Source: Lingula anatina | Lineage: Eukaryota; Animalia; Brachiopoda | Assembly: GCA_051362555.1 (NCBI GenBank) | Contig: CM120646.1 | Span: 14,446,001 to 14,510,000, forward strand | Direction of reading: 5' to 3' | DNA length: 64,000 nucleotides | Part shown: piece after piece, positions 1-12,890 of the stretch | Position numbering within the stretch: position 1 is the first letter of the stretch | Layout of the letters: each line of letters starts with the position of its first letter | The notes under the pieces: model-generated | The model's input: only the letters and a program-made list of their open reading frames with translations | Told to the model about the DNA's origin: nothing | Database searches by the model: none | Translations under genes and position numbers: made by a program

Positions 1-175
1 CTCTGGATAACACTATCCTTTGGATGAAATTGTTATCCTCTGGGCAATTATCCTGTGGGTAAAGTGATGTTTACTAAACCAGTGGTTAAAAAAAGCTGCT
101 TTCCTAAGGATAATTGCCCAGAGGATAACAGTTTAATTCAAAGGATAGTTATCCATAGTTGATGAAACTGGGCCC
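1..175. mobile_element. palindromic MITE, left end truncated by the window
   Basis: Long inverted repeat (tgttatcctctgggcaattatcct / aggataattgcccagaggataaca; ctatcctttg / caaaggatag) ending in gatgaaactgggccc. Confidence 0.75.
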
Positions 176-696
176 TGCTTTTTATGACAGCTATTCTGTT
201 ATGATGACACTTTGGACGTGCCACAACGTATGACACTGTCATTCCCGTCGATGTGTTGGAGGAGGTGACAAAAACGATAACGACAAGGGTGACATGTGAT
301 GATTGTGGTTGCGGTGACAAGAGATTCGGGGGCAATTTTGGTCATGGCCGGTGCCGTGGCAAGTTATCCTGTACATGTAGTGGTGACGGTGGTGGTGATG
401 ATGGTGTTTGTGGTGAGGTAGAGTGAATGGCAGCAGTGTTTAGAATGCCAGTGGGTGCGACGGGGATGTGCCCAAATCATCATGACCCTAGGCTGCTTTA
501 CCTATGCCATCAATGAATTTAAATTGTTCCTCGAAGTAACCCTGATTTAAACGGACTACTGGGGAGGACCACCGTCATCAATTCATCAACATGCCTCTGT
601 CGCTTTTTAGAAACGGGGGTTAGTGTAAAATAAGCTTTGAAACTCAGGCTAAGCATACAATGACCGTTGTCTTATGTGACTATATCCCGGATGTAA

Positions 697-880
697 GACT
701 CCATTCCCATAGAAACCGTCGGTCTAAGTAGATCGATCCAACACTGCGGGGACTTTAGCTGAGTGCAACCAGCTTAACTGGAGGAGGCGTGTCATTCAGT
801 TAAGCTGATTGCACTCAGCGAAAGTCACCGCAGAGGCGGATCGATCTACGTAGACCGATTGTGCTTATGTGAATGGGGCC
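697..880. mobile_element. PIF/Harbinger (Tourist-like) MITE, family A, internally deleted hairpin copy
   Basis: TIR gactccattcccata / tatgtgaatggggcc, about 80-bp inverted arms, TAA on both sides (694-696, 881-883). Confidence 0.85.
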
Positions 881-1761
881 TAAAAGTCCACGTGAACATG
901 AACGGGGTGACACTGAACCTAAGGATATTTTAATGGGGCGGGCGGAAACCTGCCCAAACAACGTTTTCAACATTCACTTTCAACTGACTGTTTTCTCCTC
1001 GGACCGAAGATATTCAGAATAATTAAAGGACCCAGGTGTCTGCACTTGAGCCTATGGCAGACCACTCTTGTACATCACACTTGTCGTCTGAGCATATGTA
1101 GGCCGAGGCTGTCACTTCAGCCAACACAAAAACGCTTGCCCGCCCCCATGGCAACGTACCGATACGTTAAGGAAACGCACCGACTCTGGGTCATATTTGG
1201 AAACGAGATCAGCCAGCCGTGAAGTGTCACCGTCCTCGTTTGAATCATATGTGGCATTATTCAAGATGTGTCCTTTTTTCCATTCATATGATGATGGACT
1301 ATAACTAACTATTTAGTGGACAAGTGGACCACCACTTGTCGCCAAGGTCAACCGTACCGGTCAGTTACACAGTTTTGATAAAATACTTAATGACGTTGTG
1401 CCTTAAGCGTGAATCTAAAGGACTAACCGTGTTAAGCGATAAACGATGATCGAATACTCACAACTTGCACGTATTACAACCACAAAATAATCTGTTGTCC
1501 TCAGCATGACATAACATGACAATTTTAATTGGATCAGCCTTCCTTTTTAATATTCGTAGCAGCACCTAAGGTTATGCATGTTTTTAACTTACGGTTAATT
1601 GTCAAATTAAGTCTGCTCGATTTCATTTTAACAGAGGCGAAGTTCCGTACTGTCGTGCCAACATTCACTTTTATGTACACGGGTATGGACAGCTTTCAAA
1701 TTTACTTTTAAATATACACGTACATAATGTCAGAATGTCTTATGCATCTTAAAAATCCCTT

Positions 1762-1763
<2 letters not shown>

Positions 1764-1820
<57 letters not shown>
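1764..1820. repeat. (GA)n microsatellite
   Basis: Direct reading. Confidence 0.95.
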
Positions 1821-2678
1821 TAACGAACTTGAGATAACTTATACAAAACGCATACATTGTTAAACATAGTAAACTGACCTCGTCCGTGGTCCTTAGATAT
1901 GCCAGAGTTCGGTTGGAACCGTTTATAGTTCTGTAACAGAAATGAAGAACTGTAGTAATATATAAATCTTAAATGTGACCAATGGCGAGCTTGCCTAATG
2001 CATAAGTAGCTTACATTTACAACATCATGAGTGACAGTCTTTGATCTCTCAGCAGGAAAGAAAGCATTTTACTAAACATCCCCATTGTGTTTATATATGT
2101 GTCACAATTCAGGTGAAATCATACCTTGGAGACGTAAATATGACAATATTTAAATAGACAAGGAAATAAAAAAAACTATACATGTGTGTGGGTGAAATAC
2201 GTGGGTCATAGCAAACTAAGTTTGAAATCCAAACTTGAGGTGTGAGGTGTGTCTGAAATGTAAGGGTTTGATTGGACAACGCTGGATGACGTCAATAACG
2301 TGACCTCCACCACGTGTATCGGAGACCGAAACGTCTTCATTGCAAAAAAAAAGATTGGTAACTTGAACACAAGTAGCTTTAGATCAAGTAAATTTAGGTC
2401 CAACTCGTCAAATGCATGACAAAGGAGGTAAAACCGAATAATAATTAAGTAATATTATATAGAAAAGCATCAATTTATTTTCAGAAAGAGTGTCATCACG
2501 GAAGGCGAACGTTGCAATAATAATGCTGCACCTTGGTCGACGTGTATTTTCACACGTGCAAAGCTCAGACTGTCAAACTGCCTTGCGCAATCAGATGGAA
2601 AAGCCAATGAGAACCATAATTATGCGTGTTAATATAGTATTCAACGTTTGTTAATTCTGGTGTAAGTAAACGTAAAGC

Positions 2679-2829
2679 CCTTGTTACAGAGAGCCCGCCA
2701 TCCATAAGATTCATACAGGTTAGAGTTAACGTGACGTAAGTGGGTCAAAATCTAGGACGGGGCTTACCTGTACAAGCCAATAGGAACCGAATCCTGTACC
2801 AAGGGGGGATCTCTCGTACATGACACCGG
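2679..2829 (-). mobile_element. degenerate CTAACCCTAACC-type element related to family B
   Basis: Ends tgacaccgg; its core (reverse complement attttgacccacttacgtcacgttaactctaacctgta) matches 26101-26138. Confidence 0.5.
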
Positions 2830-5800
2830 CCACATATTTTGCTTTACATAAGGTCATGACATTTTAAAAGGTCAGAGGTTGCAACAATTAGGCATGTGCG
2901 ACCGGTCAACTAAAGTGGTCGTCTGGGGGAAACATTACATTTCAAATAAAGGGATAGTGTAGAAATTGACGACTGCTTTCCTCTAGCGAAAGTATTGTTT
3001 GTTCAGTTAGCTATTTCCGTAAACATTACCGTTTATCTAAACACATTAAATGTGTTTTACAAGCAAAACTAAGCATCTGTTCTTTTTTTTTTTTTCAAAA
3101 ACAGAAATTTGACTGAAAATACCCAAAGTCACCCGATCGCCCTCTATCAGCAATCCAGAAAAATGGGTAGAGTACGAGAGACACGTTCTGTTTCCTATTC
3201 CTGTATCTCATTACAGTGTAATCATTGTTTTGAATGAAACGTCTCATTCATTTAAAATGAAGAATCCAAATCTTGTATTTAAGAGTATTTCATCATCTAT
3301 GCGCTTCATTTTGGCACTTCGCCAACGTGCACAGACTTCTCTATAGTTACCATTGACGAAAGTGAGTACGATTGTGTTATAAAATAAACATGAGTTAGCA
3401 TCTTTGGTCTGCAAGCAATTTCAACTATTTAAATCCTATAATAAAGCGCAGTAAGCATTAATCCTACATACTAGCTGCTATATCAATTTCTCATTGGGTG
3501 ACTGGGGCATTATAATTACTGAAGTTGATTTATTCACATTTTTTTACTTAAGACACTGTCCTTCGCTGTTATGTGTTGACATTGAACATAAGTCCAACGG
3601 TCACAGTTGCTTGATTTGTTTGATAAATGGATAATAAATAATAAATGAACGTCAAGAATATTAGCTCATTTAAGATACATTATTTCGATATAAACTACTT
3701 GTAAATAATGTTACGCATGCGCATTTATTTACACCTTAACACGAACACAAAATCGAATCATTTGGATATATTTTAAAAGAAAAAATATTGTTAAGCACAG
3801 ATAAAAAAAATAATGGTTTTCAGTAGTCAGGATTCACTGGCATAGAAAGTGGCATGAAAGAAGCGAGACTTCCAATCCGCTCGCAGCTATTGGCAGGGTA
3901 CCAAACTTGCGGTCTTTCTCATACAGTTTGAAGTGCGCTCAGGATTTATAGCGCTGTTCTTCAACCGAACTTCAAGTGGCTATTCATTAGCGATGTTTTC
4001 ACATGAGTACGTCTTTAAATTATGCAAAAATGATACTTTTGCACATGTGGACTTTTAAGGATGACACGACTATCAAATAAGTTGTTTTCACCAGGGGTAG
4101 TATTATACCAAGCCGTGCACCCCGTTGTGATTACGAAAGGGGAACCCAAAAGTTACAAGAAAACCGTAGACTACATCTTTTAAAAGTTGGCATGAAAGGG
4201 GTCTCTATTAACGTTAGTGTCCACCCTGGGAAACAATGCTGGGGAATTTCAACTTCAAACCACTTCAAATCCTGAATATTTGCATATTGAGGGTAAGACA
4301 AGTCCGTGTTATGACTAAATTGACCCTACATGATGGAAATAAATAAGGAAAAAAGCTTCTATCAAAAGACAAATGTTATGCATTATTTCCTCCTTCTTCG
4401 CGTAAATTATCTCAAGTTAACATTCGAGACATTTTGGGTAGGGTAGTTGAGTGTTTTGGAGCTACTTTTGAAAATGTTTAGATTGAAAATAGTCTCCAAG
4501 GTATTACTCAAGTCATTTGAGCCTCTTTTCTATACATATTTCAGTAAATTGTGAGATTGAATAGGCGAAATTGAAAAACAAGTCATACGGGATAGGTCTG
4601 TTGATTGTTTTGGGACTAGTATTGAAAAATTAAGCAGTATAAACTGCTAGAGCAAATAAGTTCAAGTTCTAATTATAGGCATTTTGAATAGGAGTGTTTT
4701 GAAGCTACATGTACTAGTACATGTACTTTTGGCTTCTTTGTACATGACGCTGTAATAATTTTTAATTGGAAATAAAAAAGGCATTTGACATATTCCATAT
4801 TTATTCATTTATTTATTCATTCATTTATTTATACATTTATTATTACTGATTATGCACAGATTGCAGTTTGGGTGTAAAATACTATGACTGATTAACATTT
4901 TGGTGTATTTCGGACCTCTGGTTGTCTATTTGAGCGCAAATAATAATTTTAACCAATATCTAAAATAAATGCCTATTAATATCGTAGATTTATGTAACAG
5001 CTTATCATGGTAATTAAGTGTAATGACAAGCAAAATGTCACGCGTTCAAAGTTTCAATATGTTGATGGCACGGGCACGCCCAATAAAACGGACGTTACAT
5101 GTGTGTAGTATGTATAATTATGAAGATATTGTCTTTGATATTGATGGGCCATAGTGGTAATCACACGTACATGTATTGCATTGCTATTTAAAGCACAAGC
5201 CATACTGTTATTTCCATACAGACATTGGGTTAAGCATGACATTATCCGATATCAGGGACACATTGATGCCATTTGGCCTATCTTTATATTGCAACGTTAC
5301 TGATGAATTCTGGTTATTTCATTTTTTTTTTTCAAAACCATGTTGTTTTGAGCAATCCTAAAATGCTTTTAATTAAAACTGTTGATGCATTGAAAGGTAT
5401 TAATCACGGAATCAGTATTTTTAAAAATGGAAAAATTACCCACGTTTGTACCTGATGAACTGTTTCCACAGACAGACAAAGCGACGCGACTGAAATAAAC
5501 AGAACGGTCAAAAGGAAAAATCAAAGCATTACCTCTTTTATTTATGGCAAGCTTTTGTGCATTCCACACACTGTGGCCAAACTGAGTAGCTTTGAACTAT
5601 CTGGTAACGTTCTAGAGGTTATGTGAACGGCGAACAAAAAAGCCGATGTCAACTGCTAATAGAAATGCACTTGCTTAACTTTGTAAGCTCACGTGTGTGT
5701 TGTTTTCCAACCCTTTTTGCGTAGGTTTTAGTAACACCCGTGTACTGAGTGACGATATTTTTGGCAGAAAGTTCAAATCCTATCACCTGACCAACTGAAA

Positions 5801-6989
5801 ACAATAGTGGCCGGTTTGGATTACTCGACGCCCACTCTAGCGAAAAGTTTCTAGAAGACATATCATACGATTCTTAGCAAAATATTCTAGTAATAGTTGA
5901 CGTTTCTTACAGCCAACCAAATATGATTGTGGTATCTGTTATAGTCTAAAATGAAAAAAAGTGAAAGATTTTGCAACGTAATGGTTTCAAAGAACTTTTC
6001 AAAGAACAATGCAAATCTATCTTGCCAAGTTATATACTATAATTAAAGGACAGCGTTTCAAAAATATTAGAAATCAAACCAGGACGTTACAACTTCCTTT
6101 GTGATGAACAAACAAAGAATCTAATGACTTTCATAGTGCTTTCCAATATCTTTTAGTTGAATGTTTATGTGTATGTCCAAAAATGTATAGGTTGGGAAAC
6201 AGACCGTACAGAATATCGCAATTGCGAACATATAGACGTATGTGTAATAAGGATGATGTGTTATAAGATAAATATGTCTGTTTTGCGAACGCTTCTCTTT
6301 ATCACATAGCAAATTTTGTGAGGAATACCTCATTAGCCCGCCTTAGATTAAAGGGATGACGATTCTTCATATGAGATTCAAAATATCACAATAAATACAT
6401 TGTAAGCAAAATATTAAATTTTACCAATAGCATTTTACCAAACAAAGGGGGCGGTTAATACATGGATATCGCGAGATAAGGCATCGCCAGTGATGGCTAA
6501 ACCATCTTAAGACATTATTACGAAAACATCCTCTTTTTAAAAAACAATCGACTAACTTTGAATGTCGGTAAAGATTCATTCACCATTGGTAAGTATGGCA
6601 TGATTGTCGTTTACCCCAGCAAAATTCGTTTTATGGCACTTTTCCCGCCAAAAAGAAGATTTGTCATCCCTTCAACTAAAACGACGTAACGTAGCCTACA
6701 TATATCGATTATATTGAATATCACTAATATTGATAAGTTCTTCCGCGCTGCGTACCAATGCATCTTTATAGTGCATGCGCCAGACACGTACAACGTTGGC
6801 ACTTTATATGCAAATAATTGATGTACTAGTGTGAACATCATACAATGATACCATAAATATATCAAACCATAATTCACTTATCGCTGAAAAGTAATAGTCT
6901 TCAGTGTCTGCTCTTTGTCAGGGATTCTGTCTTCAACTCGCCTTAGTTTTAACCGCTTCTCTGTCTCCCAGCAGGTCTGCCTTCATAAC

Positions 6990-7808
6990 TGACTGCCTAC
7001 CTGCTTGTCCAAAGGTCCATCTACCTATCTGGTAGCCTACCTACCAACCAAACTACCTAGCTGCCTGCCTGAATACCTCTCTCCCTCCCTCCCTCCCTGT
7101 TAAACTGCCTGTCTGTTTGCTTGCCCAAAGGTCTATCTACCTATCTGTTAACCTACCTACCAAACAAACTACCTAGCTTCCTGCCTGCCTCCCTCCCTGT
7201 TTAACTGCCTGCCTGCCTTTGTCCAAAGGTCTACCTATCTGCTAACCTGCCTACCTACCTACCTACCTACCTACCTAACTGCCTGCCTGCCTTTGTCCAA
7301 AGGTCTACCTATCTGCTAACCTGCCTACCTACCTACCTACCTACCTACCTACCTGCCTACCTAACTACCTAACTACCTACCTACCTACCTAACTGCCTGC
7401 CTGCCTTTGTCCAAAGGTCTACCTATCTGCTAACCTACCTGCCTGCCTGCCTGCCTGCCTACCTACCTACCTACCTACCTACCTACCTACCTACCTACCT
7501 ACCTACCTACCTACCTACCTACCTACCTAACTGCCTGTCTGCCTTTGTCCCTCCCTCCCTGTTTAACTGCCTGCCTGCCTGCCTTTGTCTAAAGGTCTAC
7601 CTACCTACCTACCTACCTACCTACCTACCTACCTACCTACCTATCTACCTATCAAAGGTCTATCTACCTATCTTCTAACCTACCTACCTACCTACCTAAC
7701 TGCCTGTCTGCCTTTGTCCCTCCCTCCCTGTTTAACTGCCTGCCTGCCTGCCTGCCTTTGTCTAAAGGTCTACCTACCTACCTACCTACCTACCTACCTA
7801 CCTACCTA

Positions 7809-7863
<55 letters not shown>

Positions 7864-8220
7864 ACCTACCTGCCTACCTACCTACCTACCTACCTACCTA
7901 GCTGTCTGCTTGCCTTTGTCCTTCCCTCCCTCCCTGTGTACCTGCCTGTCTGCTTGCTTGCCCAAAGGTCTATTTACCTATCTGCTAACCTACCTACCTA
8001 CCTACATGTACCTACTGTACCTACTGTACCTACCTGCCTCCCTCCCTCCCTTTAACTGATTTCCTGCTTGTCCGTCTGTTAACTCCCACTAGCTTATCTA
8101 TTAGTACAGTTGTATCTGCCTTTTTGACTGTCTGTCGATGTGTCTGTCAGTCTGTCTGTCTGTCTGTTTCTCTGTCTGCCCGTCTCTCTGTCTTTTTTTG
8201 TCTATGATTAGCTGTCTACC
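6990..8220. repeat. complex (CCTA)n/(CCTG)n satellite with a higher-order unit, grading into (TCTG)n
   Basis: Recurrent spacer aactgcctgcctgcctttgtccaaaggtctacctatctgctaacct between variable CCTA/CCTG runs. Confidence 0.95.
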
Positions 8221-8329
8221 TGTGCCCGGTATGTCGGCCAAATATTCACATACCACATGTCTGTATGATGCGCACCTATTTGTTTGGTGTAACTTGTTCA
8301 TGGTGCGGGAAGCGCCAACACCGGCAAAA

Positions 8330-8347
8330 AACACACACTCACACACA

Positions 8348-8382
<35 letters not shown>
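8330..8382. repeat. (CA)n microsatellite
   Basis: Direct reading. Confidence 0.95.
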
Positions 8383-8387
<5 letters not shown>

Positions 8388-10861
8388 CCAAAAACCAGAA
8401 ACAATACGATTAACTGCTTTATTAAAACGCAGTCCTCCTTGCCACTTTGAAAAATCTTCGGCTACGTGCTGCAGCTTGAGTGCTAAACAATAAACGCAGT
8501 AGCAGCCGTGGCGGCGTCCAGGTCATTAAGTATATAAATATGAGTGATGACACTCTGTCCGGAGGCATGTTGCACTACAGAGCATGCAAATCATGCCATG
8601 AGCACAACTTGGTCGTTTGAGAGCAAGTGAAAGACCAAGATGCCGCAGACTTTGTACTCGTGGTATTTCCACGTCTGAATAGAGGTGATGATCAATAATT
8701 AATAGCTCAAGACACGTTAGTTAGGAGAGTTACGAAGAGCCAAGTTTAGTACTTCATCATTGCAAAACGCCAGCGTTTGTTTTATAGACTACGTCCCTCA
8801 GCGCTGGAGCTGCATCAATGTCACATTATACAAGTTTATCTTACCATCTCAAACACTAAAAATTAAAACTCACATCATTTGCAAATTCCCTCACTGGGCA
8901 TAGATTTGACCATAGTACATTCAACGGGGTAGATAGTTACAATGTCCCAGTATGTTATCTCGTAAGGAATTATTTTTTGGTCGATAAATTTTTCAAACCA
9001 TGCATTAACTGGCTTATTAGGTCTCATAATCTTCCACCCATTATTTTTTTCAATTTTAATTTTCCTTTCTTTCATATTTTAACTTGAAATTGCGATGATC
9101 AGTTTCATTCTCTGCAAAACACACGCTAAGTTGACTTAATTATTCATATCTTCCGCACCCCTGTTTGTGCCAGTCACTACTACTCGTCAATACTAAGTAG
9201 ATATCGCCTATATAAATTTATGTTGCGTGGCTCACACTACCAAGTACAAAATGTCGCAGATGTCAATGCTTTATGACTATCTTTAAACGTTACACGCGCT
9301 ACTTTGATTGTAATCGTAATCATCTATTTGATGTTTACCAGCTGGTTTAGGGATGCCAACTTTATTTTGTCGCGTTATGACATTAAATGAAACGATCTGC
9401 GTGTATCAAACTACTTGTTTATTGGGTTTGTTTATCATATTTCGTTCTTAAAATAATTGAAATGTAGGACGAATATATATTACAAATAATGCAATGATCC
9501 GTGTTTATATGATATAATCGATTATTGCAATGCAAATATTGCAAAACCAAAAGGCTATATTCTTTACTATACGACAAATGAACCATTGGTCCAGATATTT
9601 AAAACGAAATATTTGATTTATAGTTCTTGTTTGGATAAATATGTGCTTCTTTCTAACAATGACAGAATTTGCCATATTTCGTTCGAATAAAACAACTCAT
9701 AAGCTAAAAAGTCACAAGATATTCCAAAAAACAAAACTCCTACTTATATCAGTCTCTTGAAGGGCATTTTACCTATGGTATTAAAGTACCTACCTTAAAA
9801 CCCTCAACGATGACAGTGTCACATCAAAACAGCATTGCCTCCTGTGTTCTCTGGCGCGAGTGCTTCAAGTTTATTGTGGTGCTGGCAACATGCTGCTCGA
9901 GAGTAAACTGTCGTGACTTGCCAGCAATGTGGTAGCTTTAGTACAACCGAGGCTGTTGACATTCAACGTGTCTCACGGCACTGCACAATGTGTGCTAGTC
10001 CTATACGCAGATTCATCGACGAGTTATTTCAAAGTCACAGCCTGGACTCAAGTGAAGGTACGTGGTTTGCCATAAATTGCTACATACCCAACTTGTGTCA
10101 CATAAATCGCCCTTGCCTTCTTCACCTTCACTAATAAAGTCATTTTGCAGAATATGTTTTCATGTTGTTTTTTTTTCATTTATTGTTATTGCTTCCAGTT
10201 TTGCATTCGAGAAGCAAAGTATAATTTATTGTTAAAAAAATGATACACCATGACGTGTAATACGTCATTGTTTCGTCACTAAAATATTTTTGACACGTCA
10301 CGACATCATAATGTTACGCCATCTGATGAATTCTGAACGAATCAGCAGTGTATTAATGACATATATTTTCTATATTTGAGCATTAAAATGTCACCCATAC
10401 CTATGACTGGTTACGAATTATTTACCGACCCTGTGTCGGTAAGAAAAGATACCTAGCCTCAACCCAATGCCAAGTTTTTGACCTTGTGACCTTGGATCAA
10501 AGTGAGGTTGTGCAGTCTTTGTGGATTGGTTGCCAAGTTTGTATGGTCGGCATTGCAATAGAGCACCTAACCAATGAGCTGTGATCCCCATCCTCCATAT
10601 CCCATCGTTTTTATTGATAAGCTTGCTTTGATACGAAATGCAGAAACTCGTAAAGTTTTTCCTTGGAGCTATTGCAGGCAGTCACGTTATTGTGTCAGTA
10701 AAAAACGGAGATACAGAATTTTGCTGACGCCAATATATGAATAAATCTAATATGCAAATTAAGGCAAATATATTGCTGTTTATTGATAGTGACATGACTA
10801 CTTTCAATTCAATTTATGTGATAAAAATGCTACTAAGTTAATCGGCACATCACCTTCTAAC

Positions 10862-10866
<5 letters not shown>

Positions 10867-10900
<34 letters not shown>
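10867..10900. repeat. (GA)n microsatellite
   Basis: Direct reading. Confidence 0.95.
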
Positions 10901-10903
<3 letters not shown>

Positions 10904-12739
10904 GTGATTAAAAAAAACGCATTAAAACCTGCAACCCAGCCCTCTTCTCAAGGGAACTCTGTTGACGAAGGATACCTCTCAGGTAGGGAACGCCACCTCG
11001 CCGCCCCGCAGTATTAACTGATATGTAATTGCTTTCTAAGTGCCATTGTTAAGCATACCAAGTTGAACCACGGCGCGATCATAACGTTCGTGAGAGGAGC
11101 TTTCTACGGTGTGCCAGTAGTAAGAATTTTTTTCAAGCAGAGTCATGCTGTGACCTCCGGCTAAGAGAGGGAGATTACCAAAGACAAACAAAACGGATCA
11201 AGCTTTAATTACCGGGTAATAAGACCCATCAACTATTAATAATTTTGTATGGCCGGAAGCATGTCTGTGACAGTTTATTCACCGGAAGTTAGGCCGATGA
11301 CGTAGGATGTGTATTCTAGTGTGTGAAAACTGCGACGAAACTGTAATGTGAACATCAAGGAGACTTTTACTAGAAGGAGATGCCGATGATTCTATTATTT
11401 TCCTCATACATAATGAATATACCAAAAGCCTATCAAATATGACTTTCGCTCCACATTTCAGGTCTTTCTTTTTCACAACACACATGAAGCAAATGTCTTC
11501 AAACGCTCTCTTTCTCCTTTTAGAACATCAGAATCTCGTATACAAAATATAAGTCATACATACTTATGACATAAACAGAACTTTTTCTAAATATTACGTC
11601 AGGGGAATAATATGCGTAGTTTACGCTCCTAATCTCTCTCTTTGCCAAGTTAAAAAATGACAGCAAGTGGGGCTTATGCTGTCTTTACGACGCACAACGT
11701 TCAAAGAAGACGTCGGTCATAAATGTCACCAATCCGCCTCCGGTGACAAGCAGGTAAATATTCTGTCCCTTTAAAAGTATTATTAAAATACATCCATCGA
11801 CTTGGCGTGCCTTAGCTAGCTGTTTATTGTTTGGCGACTTTGACAAAAGTGTTTTATGCTGATGCGCAATCTGTCTCCAAACCGATTGCTACCCGACCAA
11901 CCGATGCCAAGTAATGAGAATTTTATGGTTTAATTTGAGTTCTAATCATCTTTTGATTTTCTTTCAGCATGCGAGCGTGTTGTTAAAGAGCAAGGGTCAA
12001 GCGCGTTGTTTTCATCTTCTACACTTGGCGACTATATATGAAGCTGTTGGTGATCCCTAGAAAAAGTCTGGCCACGCCCGCGATTTGAATCACATGACCA
12101 AGCACGTGATCAGGGAAAAGCCAGAGTCATATGACGTAAATACAATTTTAGTTTGCTCAGTGACACGTATAGCTTTTTTTCTATTCAGTGCCAAACATTA
12201 AACATAAAACCAACCAATATGAAACTCTTCTCCTATACATAATATGGATTCTTGGTTATCTCAACTACGTATTCAAGCGCTCTGGGATGATCTCTTACAC
12301 CCAAGTTAAACACATAAACTTAAATGAATACATTGGTACATTGTAACTTTCACGCACACTCGCATACGCGCACAAATACGCAAACACTTACGGATGCACA
12401 TGAATAACGTGAATGATGAATTGTATATATTATATGCATTTTTACCATATTACCATATTATGGATCTATAGGTTCACAGCTCCTAGTGTGGACTCGATAG
12501 ATGTCTATTGTAATTGATTCCTAATGTATAAAATTAATCACTTGTCGACAATTTCCAATCACTTTTTTCGTCCTGAATCTACATGTATTTAGGCACCATA
12601 ATAATTAAGAACAAGAAGAAGAAAGGGAAAAATAGGAAGAACATGCTGTCAAACAATTACTAGAAAAGAGTGAGTATACATGGCTACAATCAAGCAGAAA
12701 AAAAGCATTTCAAAAAGACCCAAAATAAGCACAAAGACA

Positions 12740-12890
12740 TGCACACGCACAACTGCATGTGCTAGCATACACATGGACACACACACATACACATAAACAT
12801 ACACATACATACATGCATATACACATATGTACACGAACCACACGTATGCACACACACACACACGCACACACACACAGTGAACGTAACACA
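12740..12890. repeat. degenerate (CA/TA)n repeat
   Basis: Direct reading. Confidence 0.8.

Noticed and set aside
208-426. Cys/Gly-rich open frame (CDDCGCGD...CTCSGDGGG)
   Set aside because: No ATG or acceptor; looks like a decayed (GGT/GAT)n repeat.
7585-8055. 156-aa ORF of LPTY/LPAC repeats
   Set aside because: Translation of the CCTA/CCTG satellite; no splice or homology support.
9913-10134. CxxC...CxxC zinc-ribbon-like ORF with a donor near 10058
   Set aside because: In-frame stop immediately upstream, no acceptor or ATG, and no partner exons.
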